Shown: positions 1-8,039 of the stretch, one piece after another
Layout: every line of letters starts with the position of its first letter
Position numbering within the stretch: position 1 is the first letter of the stretch
Source of the DNA: Candidatus Babelota bacterium
Lineage (GTDB): Bacteria > Babelota > Babeliae > Babelales > JACPOV01
Direction of reading: 5' to 3'
Assembly (NCBI GenBank): GCA_022707425.1
Contig: JAKJAQ010000005.1
Span: forward strand, 10,988-74,987
Length of the DNA: 64,000 bases
Translations under genes and position numbers: made by a program
The notes under the pieces: generated by a model
The model's input: the letters and a program-made list of their open reading frames with translations, nothing else
What the model was told of the DNA's origin: nothing
Databases searched by the model: none

Positions 1-763
1 TGCAACCGAAAATTTGCTCATGGCAGCAACATTAACACAAGGTAAAACGCGCATTGTCAATGCAGCATTGGAACCTGAAGTTATTGATCTTATAGCATTA
101 TTACGTTCAATGGGTGCACGCATTACCGTTCATGCCCCGGCTACCATTGAGATAGAAGGTGTTGAGCAATTACGTCCAGTTGAACATACTGTGATGATGG
201 ATAGACTTGAAGCGGGAAGTTTATTGTTGGCGGCAGCAATTACTGGCGGCTCAATTCGATTGCCGCACGCGGTTGCAACTGATATGGAAGTATTTTTGCT
301 AAAATTGCAAGAAATGGGGCACGAAATAGAAATTGGTGTTAATGGCCGTGGTGTGACCTTGTGTGCCACCAAACAACCACAAGCAGTTTCATTTGCAACG
401 GCACCCTATCCAGGGTTTCCAACCGATTTGCAAGCGCCGATGATGGCCGCTTTGTGTTTGGCACAAGGAAAAAGTGTTATTCACGAAACCGTATTTGAAA
501 ATCGTTTTTTGCATGTTCGTGAATTCCAAAAAATGGGTGCACAAATTTCGATCGAAGGTGATCGTGCCAAAATAACCGGTGTTGAAGAACTCTATGGCAC
601 TTCGGTAATTGCAACCGACATTCGATCATCATGTGCCTTGGTTATTGCAGGATTAGCTGCCAAAGGTACAACAGCAATTACTGGTGTTCATCATTGGCGA
701 CGTGGCTACCAAGCACTGGAAAAAAAATTGATGCACTTAGGTGCAAAAATTGTCATGAATTAA
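1..763 (+). CDS. murA: UDP-N-acetylglucosamine 1-carboxyvinyltransferase (MurA), C-terminal part; 5' end cut by the window edge
   Basis: The frame is open to position 2. The translation ATENLLMAATLTQGKT...APYPGFPTDLQAPMMA...VHHWRRGY matches conserved MurA blocks. Confidence 0.9.
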   Translation, partial: ATENLLMAATLTQGKTRIVNAALEPEVIDLIALLRSMGARITVHAPATIEIEGVEQLRPVEHTVMMDRLEAGSLLLAAAITGGSIRLPHAVATDMEVFLLKLQEMGHEIEIGVNGRGVTLCATKQPQAVSFATAPYPGFPTDLQAPMMAALCLAQGKSVIHETVFENRFLHVREFQKMGAQISIEGDRAKITGVEELYGTSVIATDIRSSCALVIAGLAAKGTTAITGVHHWRRGYQALEKKLMHLGAKIVMN

Positions 764-1599
764 AAAAAGCTGCCAACAAGATCAGTGAGTTCGCGTGTGA
801 TTTTTGCTTGACGCAATTTGTTGTAGTTGATGCGCATTTCATCAAGCATGGTTGACGCATTTCTGGTTGAACTATCCATTGCAATAAAACGTGCACTTTG
901 TTCAGCAATTAATGAGTTGAGTAATGTTTCATGAAACGTTATTTCGATCTGTTTTTTTACTAATGCATCAAGCAACTCTTTTGGGTCGTGCTCCCAGCGA
1001 TACGGTTCTAGTTGTTCCTGTTGTGAACCATCACTCACCGATTGCGTGAGATTATAAAGTGAAGGTCGCTGTGCGAAAAAAGTTTTTGGATATTGATAGT
1101 AGATAGTAATAGATCGGTAACGATTGCCTTCCGCCAGAACATAATCGGTGATTTTGCGAGCAATTCCTGCAAGTGTATTTATAGTAAATGCTTTGAACTC
1201 CATAAGGAGACTACCTTGTTTTTTGGTGAGCAGATCGACTGCTTTTTTTCCAATAACAATGGTGTCGAGGTTATGAGGGTCATTTTGTTCGGTGCTGCGT
1301 GCAAAAAAAGCAATCAATGCATTATTAAAATTGCCACACAAACCTTTTTGAGAGCCAATAACAATTGCCAAATCTCGCGTTGCATCAAGGTTTGGTTGAA
1401 GAGGGTAATGCCAATCATGCTGTGTTGCTTGAATAGTTTTGATCATGCGAATGAGCTCGCTCTGATAGTGTTCAAGTAATCCACGTTTTGAACGCAAACG
1501 GGCATGGCTGGACATTGAAATGAGGCGCATTGCATGAGTAACTTTTTTAATCGTTTCGATTGCTTTCATGCGCTGGCGCATTTGAATTAATTCTGACAT
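760..1599 (-). CDS. atpG: F-type ATP synthase gamma subunit
   Basis: N-terminus MSELIQMRQRMKAIETIKKVTHAMRLISMS, an internal GSQKGLCGNFN block, and C-terminus AEQSARFIAMDSSTRNA...YNKLRQAKITRELTDLV are typical of gamma subunits. I moved the start to the ATG at 1599 (the ORF track starts at 1662). Confidence 0.85.
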   Translation of the reverse strand: MSELIQMRQRMKAIETIKKVTHAMRLISMSSHARLRSKRGLLEHYQSELIRMIKTIQATQHDWHYPLQPNLDATRDLAIVIGSQKGLCGNFNNALIAFFARSTEQNDPHNLDTIVIGKKAVDLLTKKQGSLLMEFKAFTINTLAGIARKITDYVLAEGNRYRSITIYYQYPKTFFAQRPSLYNLTQSVSDGSQQEQLEPYRWEHDPKELLDALVKKQIEITFHETLLNSLIAEQSARFIAMDSSTRNASTMLDEMRINYNKLRQAKITRELTDLVGSFF

Positions 1600-1689
1600 T
1601 TTTCGCCTGCTCCCTCGTGCGGAGATTGTATAAAGGACCTTCTCTTTGATAGTATAAAACAAAAATCAATAAAACAAAGAAGTGAAATA

Positions 1690-2268
1690 ATGATTCTCGT
1701 CATCGATGGTTATAATGTGCTTAAATATGGTGAAACTGGAGGGAAACACAGTGAGCACGATCGTGAGCGATTTATTGAAATCCTCAACCGGTACGCAACA
1801 GCCAAAAAGTTAAACATTATTTTAGTATTTGATAGTGGCCCTACCATTTGGCCTTTTCGTGAAAAACATGGCCGCGTGTTAGTTATTTATGTAGGACAAG
1901 GAGAGAGCGCAGATCATTTTATTATAGATTATGTGCAGGAACACAAAGAAAAAGACCTTGTGGTGGTATCATCTGATCGTGAGATTGTACAAGGTGTGAG
2001 TTCATTCAGGATTGAGACGATTTCGGCGGCTGATTTTTATCAGTTATTAAAGCATGCGTTGATACCGTCAGTTAATATAATAAAAAAAAGCTCGCCCAGA
2101 AAATTTGCACATGTGCCCGATCAACCTGAGGTTGACCAACTGATGCTCTACGGAAGTTCATTACCAATAAAAAAAATGCAGGAAAAAGAAGCAGAAACAC
2201 GCGAGCGAGAAAAACAACAACAATCGAAAAAAGAAAAAAAACGAGAACAAAAATTAAAAAAACTATAA
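1690..2268 (+). CDS. YacP/NYN-domain (PIN-like) protein with a K/E-rich C-terminal tail
   Basis: MILVIDGYNVLKY...ILVFDSG...ESADHFIIDYV...VVVSSDREI resembles the NYN_YacP (Rae1-like) pattern. The tail is the low-complexity stretch EKEAETREREKQQQSKKEKKREQKLKKL. Confidence 0.55.
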   Translation: MILVIDGYNVLKYGETGGKHSEHDRERFIEILNRYATAKKLNIILVFDSGPTIWPFREKHGRVLVIYVGQGESADHFIIDYVQEHKEKDLVVVSSDREIVQGVSSFRIETISAADFYQLLKHALIPSVNIIKKSSPRKFAHVPDQPEVDQLMLYGSSLPIKKMQEKEAETREREKQQQSKKEKKREQKLKKL

Positions 2269-2272
2269 CCAA

Positions 2273-2716
2273 GTGGCATCAATGCAGACAAATTCAATCG
2301 TTATGACACCCGATACAATCAAAAAAGTTGCTCAACAGCTCTTTCAGTTAAAAGATCAATGTGCTGTGTATACATTTACTGGGTCACTTGGTGCTGGTAA
2401 AACAACCCTTATAAAAGAACTATGTGAATTATGGGGTGTGCGTGAGCCAATCACGAGTCCAACATTCAATTATGTGAATGCATATAAATTAAACAATGAT
2501 CAACTGCTCTATCATTTTGATTTATATCGCCTTTCTTCAATCGATCAGTTTATTCAGGCTGGGTTTGACGAATTTCTCTACTTGCCTAAGAGCTGGGCAT
2601 TTATTGAATGGCCTGAAATAATTTTGCCATTACTTAAGCATCATGTATGCCACGTTGCGATTGAGTATTCGTTGAATCAAAATGAACGCATTGTTGTATA
2701 TCGTACCGTTTTGTAA
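2273..2716 (+). CDS. tsaE: tRNA t6A37 biosynthesis ATPase TsaE (YjeE)
   Basis: Walker A GSLGAGKTTLIKE, SPTFNYVN and HFDLYRL motifs; length is about 147 aa. The listed start is a GTG at 2273; an ATG at 2282 is an alternative. Confidence 0.85.
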   Translation: MASMQTNSIVMTPDTIKKVAQQLFQLKDQCAVYTFTGSLGAGKTTLIKELCELWGVREPITSPTFNYVNAYKLNNDQLLYHFDLYRLSSIDQFIQAGFDEFLYLPKSWAFIEWPEIILPLLKHHVCHVAIEYSLNQNERIVVYRTVL

Positions 2717-2722
2717 TTGCTT

Positions 2723-3250
2723 TTATTTTAATTTATCTTGGATTGCTTTGTTGATTGCACGCAATGTAGCATTTTCCTGCTCATAAATGCGGATTTTTTT
2801 TCCCAGTTCTATGATGCGGTCATTAAATTGTTTTGTAGCATCTGCGGTTAATTTTGCAAGATCTTGCTGTTGGACGCGTAATTTTTCTTCAAGTTTGGTA
2901 ATCGTATTTCCAGCTTTTGATTTTGCCAGCGCTTTTAAATTTTTTATTTGTTGATCATTTAATCTCGATTTTATATTTACTTGCGATTTAACGGAATCCC
3001 ATGCTTCTTTAATTTCGTTCTTGGTTTTTTCTAGCGCTGTTCCCATTTGAGCAGTAATTTGAGCAATTACTTTATTTTTCTGATCTATCAAGTTTTTTAG
3101 CTCTTGTGAGTCAGGCATTTTTTTTCGTTCATCTGATTGCATTTTTGCCAGACTTTCAAGGGAAAGGTTTTTAAAATTGGTTGAAGTTTGTTGTGCAAAT
3201 ATATTTGAACTAATGATGAGGAAGATAAGTGAGAGTATTAACTTTTTCAT
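2723..3250 (-). CDS. Hypothetical secreted coiled-coil protein
   Basis: Signal peptide MKKLILSLIFLIISSNIFAQ, followed by K/E/Q-rich heptad-like sequence. I recognise no family. Confidence 0.5.
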   Translation of the reverse strand: MKKLILSLIFLIISSNIFAQQTSTNFKNLSLESLAKMQSDERKKMPDSQELKNLIDQKNKVIAQITAQMGTALEKTKNEIKEAWDSVKSQVNIKSRLNDQQIKNLKALAKSKAGNTITKLEEKLRVQQQDLAKLTADATKQFNDRIIELGKKIRIYEQENATLRAINKAIQDKLK

Positions 3251-3280
3251 AAGAATGTCCTTTGTTCTTTAATTTGTTAA

Positions 3281-4045
3281 TTATGATGGAGATGGATAAT
3301 AATCATAAATAATGTTTAATGTTCTAAAGTCATCGGTTACTGGAAGCGTTACTCGTACATCTTGATATGATGGATGAAACATATCCGAACCTACATAGTC
3401 ATAATTAAGATTGATCGCATTAATTTTGATCGGAGGAGAGCCGGCACCAGAAACATCAATAGTAAAATTGAGTGTTATTTGGTTAAAAATAAGACTATAG
3501 CCAGATGAAGCAGTGAGCAAATTTGATTTTAAAACTTGGCTTGGATTAGTTCTTGCAAGTTGTATCAACAAATTGCGTGGATTGTTAAGATCTAAAATAT
3601 TTTGTAGTAATCGTGCAAGATCAAAGCGCAATGTATAAGGAAGCGGGGCAACTTGTGGTCCGGTACCATTGAAAGTGATTGATGCGCCAATTAGAAATTG
3701 AGATGCATCAACGCTGGAATTAAAATTAGCTGTGACTTGATAATAATTTGCAGTATCAATGGTTGATGAAATAGTGAGTGGTTTACCATTATCAAAAATA
3801 TTAGGATTAAGATTAGCACCAAGAGGAAGTAATCCCGCCGTTAGATCATTATTTCCTAGAACGTTAGCTCCGGAAAGTAATGAAATGCTCGGATAAGCTG
3901 ATAGTGAAAAAAGAGGTACGCTACTACCAGTACCATTTTCTAAGGTAATAGTACCAATACCAAATGAAGGAACGTGGGTAATAGTTATCGCTTGCAGTGA
4001 AGCTTGCATCGCAACCAGAGCTAATAAAATACGTAATAACTTCAT
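3281..4045 (-). CDS. Hypothetical secreted protein, apparently beta-rich
   Basis: The internal start MKLLRILLALVAMQASLQA gives a signal peptide. The rest is N/S/T/G-rich with alternating hydrophobic residues. I recognise no family. Confidence 0.5.
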   Translation of the reverse strand: MKLLRILLALVAMQASLQAITITHVPSFGIGTITLENGTGSSVPLFSLSAYPSISLLSGANVLGNNDLTAGLLPLGANLNPNIFDNGKPLTISSTIDTANYYQVTANFNSSVDASQFLIGASITFNGTGPQVAPLPYTLRFDLARLLQNILDLNNPRNLLIQLARTNPSQVLKSNLLTASSGYSLIFNQITLNFTIDVSGAGSPPIKINAINLNYDYVGSDMFHPSYQDVRVTLPVTDDFRTLNIIYDYYPSPS

Positions 4046-4232
4046 AATTCCCCTTTTTTTGGATCGCAACTGTCATTTTTTAATAAGTATGGCAGATTTA
4101 TGGAACATGGTTCAATATTTTATATTTGTATTTGGTTTGGGGGTGCTGGCATGGTTAAATTGTATTGAGTTTGAACTACTGAAGAATAAAGTTGAAATTT
4201 CGCCAAAAAAGCTCTACTCTATTTCCAATTGT

Positions 4233-4318
4233 GGCGAGATTCCCGAGCGGTCAAAGGGGACGGACTGTAAATCCGTTGGCTTATGTCTTCGTAGGTTCGA
4301 ATCCTACTCTCGCCACCA
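4233..4318 (+). tRNA. tRNA-Tyr (anticodon GUA)
   Basis: Hand-folded cloverleaf: acceptor GGCGAGA/TCTCGCC, anticodon stem ACGGA/TCCGT with loop CTGTAAA, a 13-nt variable arm, T-loop TTCGAAT, and an encoded CCA. Confidence 0.9.
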
Positions 4319-4400
4319 TTTTGATGGCGCAAATAAGCAATAATCCTAGAAATCGATTAAAGTTTTTCTAAAACTTGCTTATGATATCTGAAATGTATGT

Positions 4401-4476
4401 GCGGGAGTAGCTCAATTGGTAGAGCGACAGCCTTCCAAGCTGTAGGTTGCGGGTTCGAGCCCCGTTTCCCGCTCCA
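4401..4476 (+). tRNA. tRNA-Gly (anticodon UCC)
   Basis: Acceptor GCGGGAG/TTCCCGC, anticodon stem ACAGC/GCTGT with loop CTTCCAA, T-loop TTCGAGC, and an encoded CCA. Confidence 0.9.
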
Positions 4477-4486
4477 TTTTAATAAC

Positions 4487-4562
4487 GCTGGCGTAGCTCA
4501 GTTGGTAGAGCAGCTGATTTGTAATCAGCAGGTCGCTGGTTCGAATCCAGTCGCCAGCTCCA
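4487..4562 (+). tRNA. tRNA-Thr (anticodon UGU)
   Basis: Acceptor GCTGGCG/CGCCAGC, anticodon stem GCTGA/TCAGC with loop TTTGTAA, T-loop TTCGAAT, and an encoded CCA. Confidence 0.9.
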
Positions 4563-4644
4563 AAGACAACGCGTAATAGCGCAAAAACGGGTTGTTTTTT
4601 TTCTTTTTTTTATTTAACCTTAATACTAGGTTTGTGAAATATGT

Positions 4645-4719
4645 GCCCACGTAGCTCAGTGGCAGAGCACTTCCTTGGTAAGGAAGAGGTCACCGGTTCA
4701 ATCCCGGTCGCGGGCTCCA
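4645..4719 (+). tRNA. tRNA-Thr (anticodon GGU)
   Basis: Acceptor GCCCACG/CGCGGGC with one A5:C68 mismatch, anticodon stem CTTCC/GGAAG with loop TTGGTAA, T-loop TTCAATC, and an encoded CCA. Confidence 0.85.
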
Positions 4720-4763
4720 AGCAAAAAAATAACGTAGTTTTAACATAAATTTAAGAGAACACT

Positions 4764-4925
4764 ATGGCCAAAAAGAAACGTGTAATTACCGCTCTCGCTT
4801 GTGAAAAATGTAAAGAACGTAATTATTCACAGCTTGTTGCGGGACAAAGATCGGCAGGTTCTTTGCACTTAAATAAGTATTGTTCTCGTTGTCGTAATCA
4901 TACGATGCACAAAGAAACAAAATAG
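4764..4925 (+). CDS. rpmG: 50S ribosomal protein L33
   Basis: This 53-aa ORF is below the track cutoff. It translates to MAKKKRVITALACEKCKERNYSQLVAGQRSAGSLHLNKYCSRCRNHTMHKETK, with the CxxC...CxxC arrangement of Zn-type L33. It sits in the classical position upstream of tRNA-Trp and secE-nusG. Confidence 0.85.
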   Translation: MAKKKRVITALACEKCKERNYSQLVAGQRSAGSLHLNKYCSRCRNHTMHKETK

Positions 4926-4934
4926 ATTCATCGG

Positions 4935-5011
4935 AGGCCAGTAGCTCGAATTGGTAGAGCGGCAGACTCCAAATCTGCGGGTTGGGGGTTCGAGTCCCTC
5001 CTGGCCTGCCA
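4935..5011 (+). tRNA. tRNA-Trp (anticodon CCA)
   Basis: Acceptor AGGCCAG/CTGGCCT, anticodon stem GCAGA/TCTGC with loop CTCCAAA, T-loop TTCGAGT, and an encoded CCA. Confidence 0.9.
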
Positions 5012-5076
5012 ATGAACACGAAGGTGTAGCTGATGAAAAATTTTTTTTTCCATCTCTCATTAAAAGAGGTGTTTGA

Positions 5077-5259
5077 GTGGTAAAAAGCGCGATTCGTTTT
5101 GTACAAGAAGTTCAACTTGAGCTTGCTAAGATTGTATGGCCTAGCTTGAACGAGTTAATTGGATCGGTAATTATTGTACTTATTTTAGTATGTTTTTTTT
5201 CGGTTTATATTGGCTCAATTGATGTGGTATTTTATAAAATTGCTGGGCAAATTTTTTAG
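5077..5259 (+). CDS. secE: Preprotein translocase subunit SecE
   Basis: 60 aa with a single C-terminal TM helix. The block FVQEVQLELAKIVWPS is SecE-like, and the gene lies immediately upstream of nusG. GTG start. Confidence 0.8.
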   Translation: MVKSAIRFVQEVQLELAKIVWPSLNELIGSVIIVLILVCFFSVYIGSIDVVFYKIAGQIF

Positions 5260-5274
5260 GGCATCGGATAATTC

Positions 5275-5793
5275 ATGAAGCGTTGGTATGTTGTTCAAAT
5301 TTATGCTGGCTATGAAGAAGCAATAAAGACTGACCTTTCGCGCCGTATTAAAGAAACTGGGTTGCAAGAACAATTTGGTGAAGTATTAATTCCATCGGCT
5401 AAAGTGAAAAACATGTTTTCTGCGGAAGCAAAAGATGAGCAACAGTTGTTTCCTGGGTATCTTTTGATTGAAATGGAATTGACGCAAGAAACAATGCGTT
5501 TGGTGCAAGCAACGCCACGCGTTATTCGGTTTTTGGGGGGTAAGGAACCGATGCCGATTTCGCAAAAAGAGATTAGTCGCATTGTTTCGCAGATGAAGGG
5601 TGAAGTTGCTCTCGTTCCTAAGAAGAGTGACTTTGTTTCAGGTAGCGAAGTTGATATCTCTGAAGGGCCATTTGCGGGATTTGTTGGAGTAATTGAGAAA
5701 GTTGATGAAGCTAATGAGCGTCTGACATTGATGGTAAGCATCTTTGGAAGAATGACGCCTATTGAGCTTGGGTTTGATCAGGTAAAACGGTAA
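5275..5793 (+). CDS. nusG: Transcription termination/antitermination factor NusG
   Basis: MKRWYVVQIYAGYEE (NGN domain), FPGYLLIEM, and a KOW region GSEVDISEGPFAGFVGVIEKVD. Confidence 0.95.
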   Translation: MKRWYVVQIYAGYEEAIKTDLSRRIKETGLQEQFGEVLIPSAKVKNMFSAEAKDEQQLFPGYLLIEMELTQETMRLVQATPRVIRFLGGKEPMPISQKEISRIVSQMKGEVALVPKKSDFVSGSEVDISEGPFAGFVGVIEKVDEANERLTLMVSIFGRMTPIELGFDQVKR

Positions 5794-5811
5794 TTACGGT
5801 AGGTTTACACT

Positions 5812-6234
5812 ATGGCAAAAACAGTTAAAGCAAAAGTAAAATTAAAAGTTCCTGCGGGAGCAGCAACGCCTGCGCCGCCGGTTGGTTCTGCGCTGGGTCA
5901 GCAAGGTGTTAATATTATGGATTTTTGCAAACAATTTAATGCAAAAACTGCCCATGCGAAAGGTGAGATGTTGCCGGTAATTGTTACCGTTTATATCGAT
6001 AAGTCATTTGACTTTGTAGTCAAAACGCCTGAAACATCAGCACTTCTAAAGAAAAAAATTAAATTGGAAAAAGGTTCCTCCAAACCTAATACGGATAAAA
6101 TTGGCAAATTAACATGGAAAGATATTGAAGATATCGCATCGGTAAAAATGCCAGATCTCAATGCGCTTGATTTGGAGCAGGCAAAAAAGATTGTAGCTGG
6201 TACTGCTCGAAGTATGGGAATTGATATCGTTTGA
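5812..6234 (+). CDS. rplK: 50S ribosomal protein L11
   Basis: [30 protein letters not shown] is a hallmark L11 sequence. Confidence 0.95.
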   Translation: MAKTVKAKVKLKVPAGAATPAPPVGSALGQQGVNIMDFCKQFNAKTAHAKGEMLPVIVTVYIDKSFDFVVKTPETSALLKKKIKLEKGSSKPNTDKIGKLTWKDIEDIASVKMPDLNALDLEQAKKIVAGTARSMGIDIV

Positions 6235-6250
6235 TTGATCGGGGTTTGAT

Positions 6251-6919
6251 ATGGCAACGCATGGTAAAAAATTTAGAGCGGCAAGTGAAAAAATGAATAA
6301 AGAAACACTCTATTCATTCAATGAAGGACTTGCACAAGTTAAAAATTTAGCATTTGCAAAGTTTGACGAATCGGTAGATGTTCATGTCAATCTTGGCATT
6401 GATGCATCTAAGGGTGAGCAAGCAGTTCGCGGATCGGTAGTTTTGCCTAATAGCATCGGCAAAAAGGTTCGCATTATTGTTTTTGCAAAGGGTGATCAGG
6501 CTGAAGCTGCACGAAATGCTGGTGCTGACTTTGTAGGCGCTGAAGATCTTGTTGAAAAAATCGAGGGAGGTTGGCTCGATTTTGAATATGCAGTTGCAAC
6601 ACCCGATTTAATGGGCATGGTAGGTAAGCTAGCAAAAATTTTGGGGCCTCGTGGTTTATTGCCTAACAAAAAAGTAGGTACTGTTACTTTCGATGTTGCT
6701 TCTGTAGTAAATGATTTGAAAAAAGGTCGCCAGTTTTTCAAAAATGATAAAAGTGGTTTGATTCATTTTTCAATCGGACGAGTTTCATTTGATGTAGCAA
6801 AGTTACAAGAGAATTTGGTTGCATTTTTGCGAGCACTCTCTACTACCAAGCCTTCAACATCAAAAGGCAAATTTATTAGAAAGTTGACGGTTGCTTCCAC
6901 TATGGGAGTTGGCAGATGA
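6251..6919 (+). CDS. rplA: 50S ribosomal protein L1
   Basis: FDESVDVHVNLGID...RGSVVLP, GPRGLLPNKKVGTV; synteny after rplK. Confidence 0.95.
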   Translation: MATHGKKFRAASEKMNKETLYSFNEGLAQVKNLAFAKFDESVDVHVNLGIDASKGEQAVRGSVVLPNSIGKKVRIIVFAKGDQAEAARNAGADFVGAEDLVEKIEGGWLDFEYAVATPDLMGMVGKLAKILGPRGLLPNKKVGTVTFDVASVVNDLKKGRQFFKNDKSGLIHFSIGRVSFDVAKLQENLVAFLRALSTTKPSTSKGKFIRKLTVASTMGVGR

Positions 6920-6956
6920 TATAGTAAACGCTTAGTGATCGGATAAAGGTATAACA

Positions 6957-7481
6957 ATGAATCGTCAAAATAAAGAACAAGTCGTCCAAGCCTTGCAAAA
7001 CGAGTTGAAGACAAGTCAGGCTTCGTTTTTGGTTGGCTATAAAGGAATGACGGTTGCACAACTGACAGATCTAAGACGTAAATTGCATGATGTTAATGGA
7101 TCCTTTCAAGTGGCAAAAGTTACCTTAATGGAACGTGCTATTAATCAAACGCCATCAGTTGATGGATTGCAATCTTATTTGGGTGACCAAATTGCGCTGG
7201 TTTTTGCTCATAAAGAGTCGCCAGTTGTAGCAAAAATTTTATTTACCTTTGCAAAAAGTAACGAGCAGCTCAAGTTAATTGCTGGATGCTTTGAGCAAAC
7301 GGTGTTTGCACCTGATAAAATCAAAGTGCTTGCTTCGTTGCCGCCTCGAGAAATTTTGCTCGCGCAAGTATGTGGTACATTAAAAGCGCCTACGCATAAA
7401 CTGGTGATGATGCTCAACCTTATGCGCGTGCGTTTGTTCTATGTGTTGCAGCAAGCGGCTGAAAAGAAAAAAGCTGCGTGA
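6957..7481 (+). CDS. rplJ: 50S ribosomal protein L10
   Basis: L10-like N-terminus (KEQVVQALQNELKTSQASFLVGYKGMTVAQLTDLRRKL); position between rplA and rplL. Confidence 0.9.
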   Translation: MNRQNKEQVVQALQNELKTSQASFLVGYKGMTVAQLTDLRRKLHDVNGSFQVAKVTLMERAINQTPSVDGLQSYLGDQIALVFAHKESPVVAKILFTFAKSNEQLKLIAGCFEQTVFAPDKIKVLASLPPREILLAQVCGTLKAPTHKLVMMLNLMRVRLFYVLQQAAEKKKAA

Positions 7482-7550
7482 GGTAGTTTTTCGGTACGTA
7501 AATACGTATGTGTTGTATAATCTATTGTTAATCGTAAGTTGGGGAATGCT

Positions 7551-7943
7551 ATGGCATCTAAATCATACGAAAAATTGATCGAAGAAATTGGTAATTTATC
7601 AGTGCTTGAATTGAATGATTTTATTAAAGCACTTGAAACAGCATGGGGTGTCTCTGCTGCAATGCCTATGGCGGCCGCTGCTCCAGCAGCAGGCGCACAA
7701 GCTGATGCAGGCGCTGCTAAATCAGAAGAAAAATCAACTTATAAAGTAACGTTGGTTGAATCATCTGATAAGCTCAAAGCAATAAAAGCACTTCGTCAAG
7801 TATTGCCAAATTTGGGACTTGGTGATGCAAAAGCAGCTGTTGAAGGTTTGCCATATGTCGTTGGTGAATCAGTAGCTAAAGCTGACGCAGACAAAATGAA
7901 AAAGACTTTAGAAGAAGCTGGTGCTAAAGTTACATTGTCATAA
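7551..7943 (+). CDS. rplL: 50S ribosomal protein L7/L12
   Basis: An Ala-rich hinge (AAMPMAAAAPAAGAQ) and the C-terminal domain KIKAIKALRQV..LGLGDAKAAVEG..P. I prefer the ATG at 7551 to the TTG at 7539. Confidence 0.9.
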   Translation: MASKSYEKLIEEIGNLSVLELNDFIKALETAWGVSAAMPMAAAAPAAGAQADAGAAKSEEKSTYKVTLVESSDKLKAIKALRQVLPNLGLGDAKAAVEGLPYVVGESVAKADADKMKKTLEEAGAKVTLS

Positions 7944-8039
7944 TTGACACATTTTTTGGTGTAGTAGTCTGTTCTTATTTTGTGAGTGTTGCCAGAGAAT
8001 AAGAGCAAATATGGTTTTGCAATAGGGAGGAACAGCTGC

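Noticed and set aside
4563-4644. A terminator after tRNA-Thr(UGU) (ACAAC...GTTGT followed by a T8 run)
   Set aside because: The stem is only about 5 bp with a large irregular loop. The T-run alone is common in this AT-rich genome. I left it uncalled.
4059-5115. Track ORFs 4059-4343 (+), 4786-5115 (-) and 4869-5060 (-) as protein-coding genes
   Set aside because: They run straight through tRNA-Tyr, rpmG and tRNA-Trp. They have no ribosome-binding site, and their sequences are simply translated tRNA or antisense sequence.
7986-8039. An 18-codon N-terminal extension of rpoB (MLPENKSKYGFAIGRNSC)
   Set aside because: The ATG at 8040 is preceded by GGGAGG at the proper distance, and conserved beta sequence begins right after it. 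The extension has no Shine-Dalgarno sequence.
7944-8039. A promoter or attenuator between rplL and rpoB
   Set aside because: A TTGACA hexamer follows the rplL stop, but no acceptable -10 element lies at 16-18 nt. Only a weak ACAC...GTGT hairpin is present. The evidence is not sufficient for a call.
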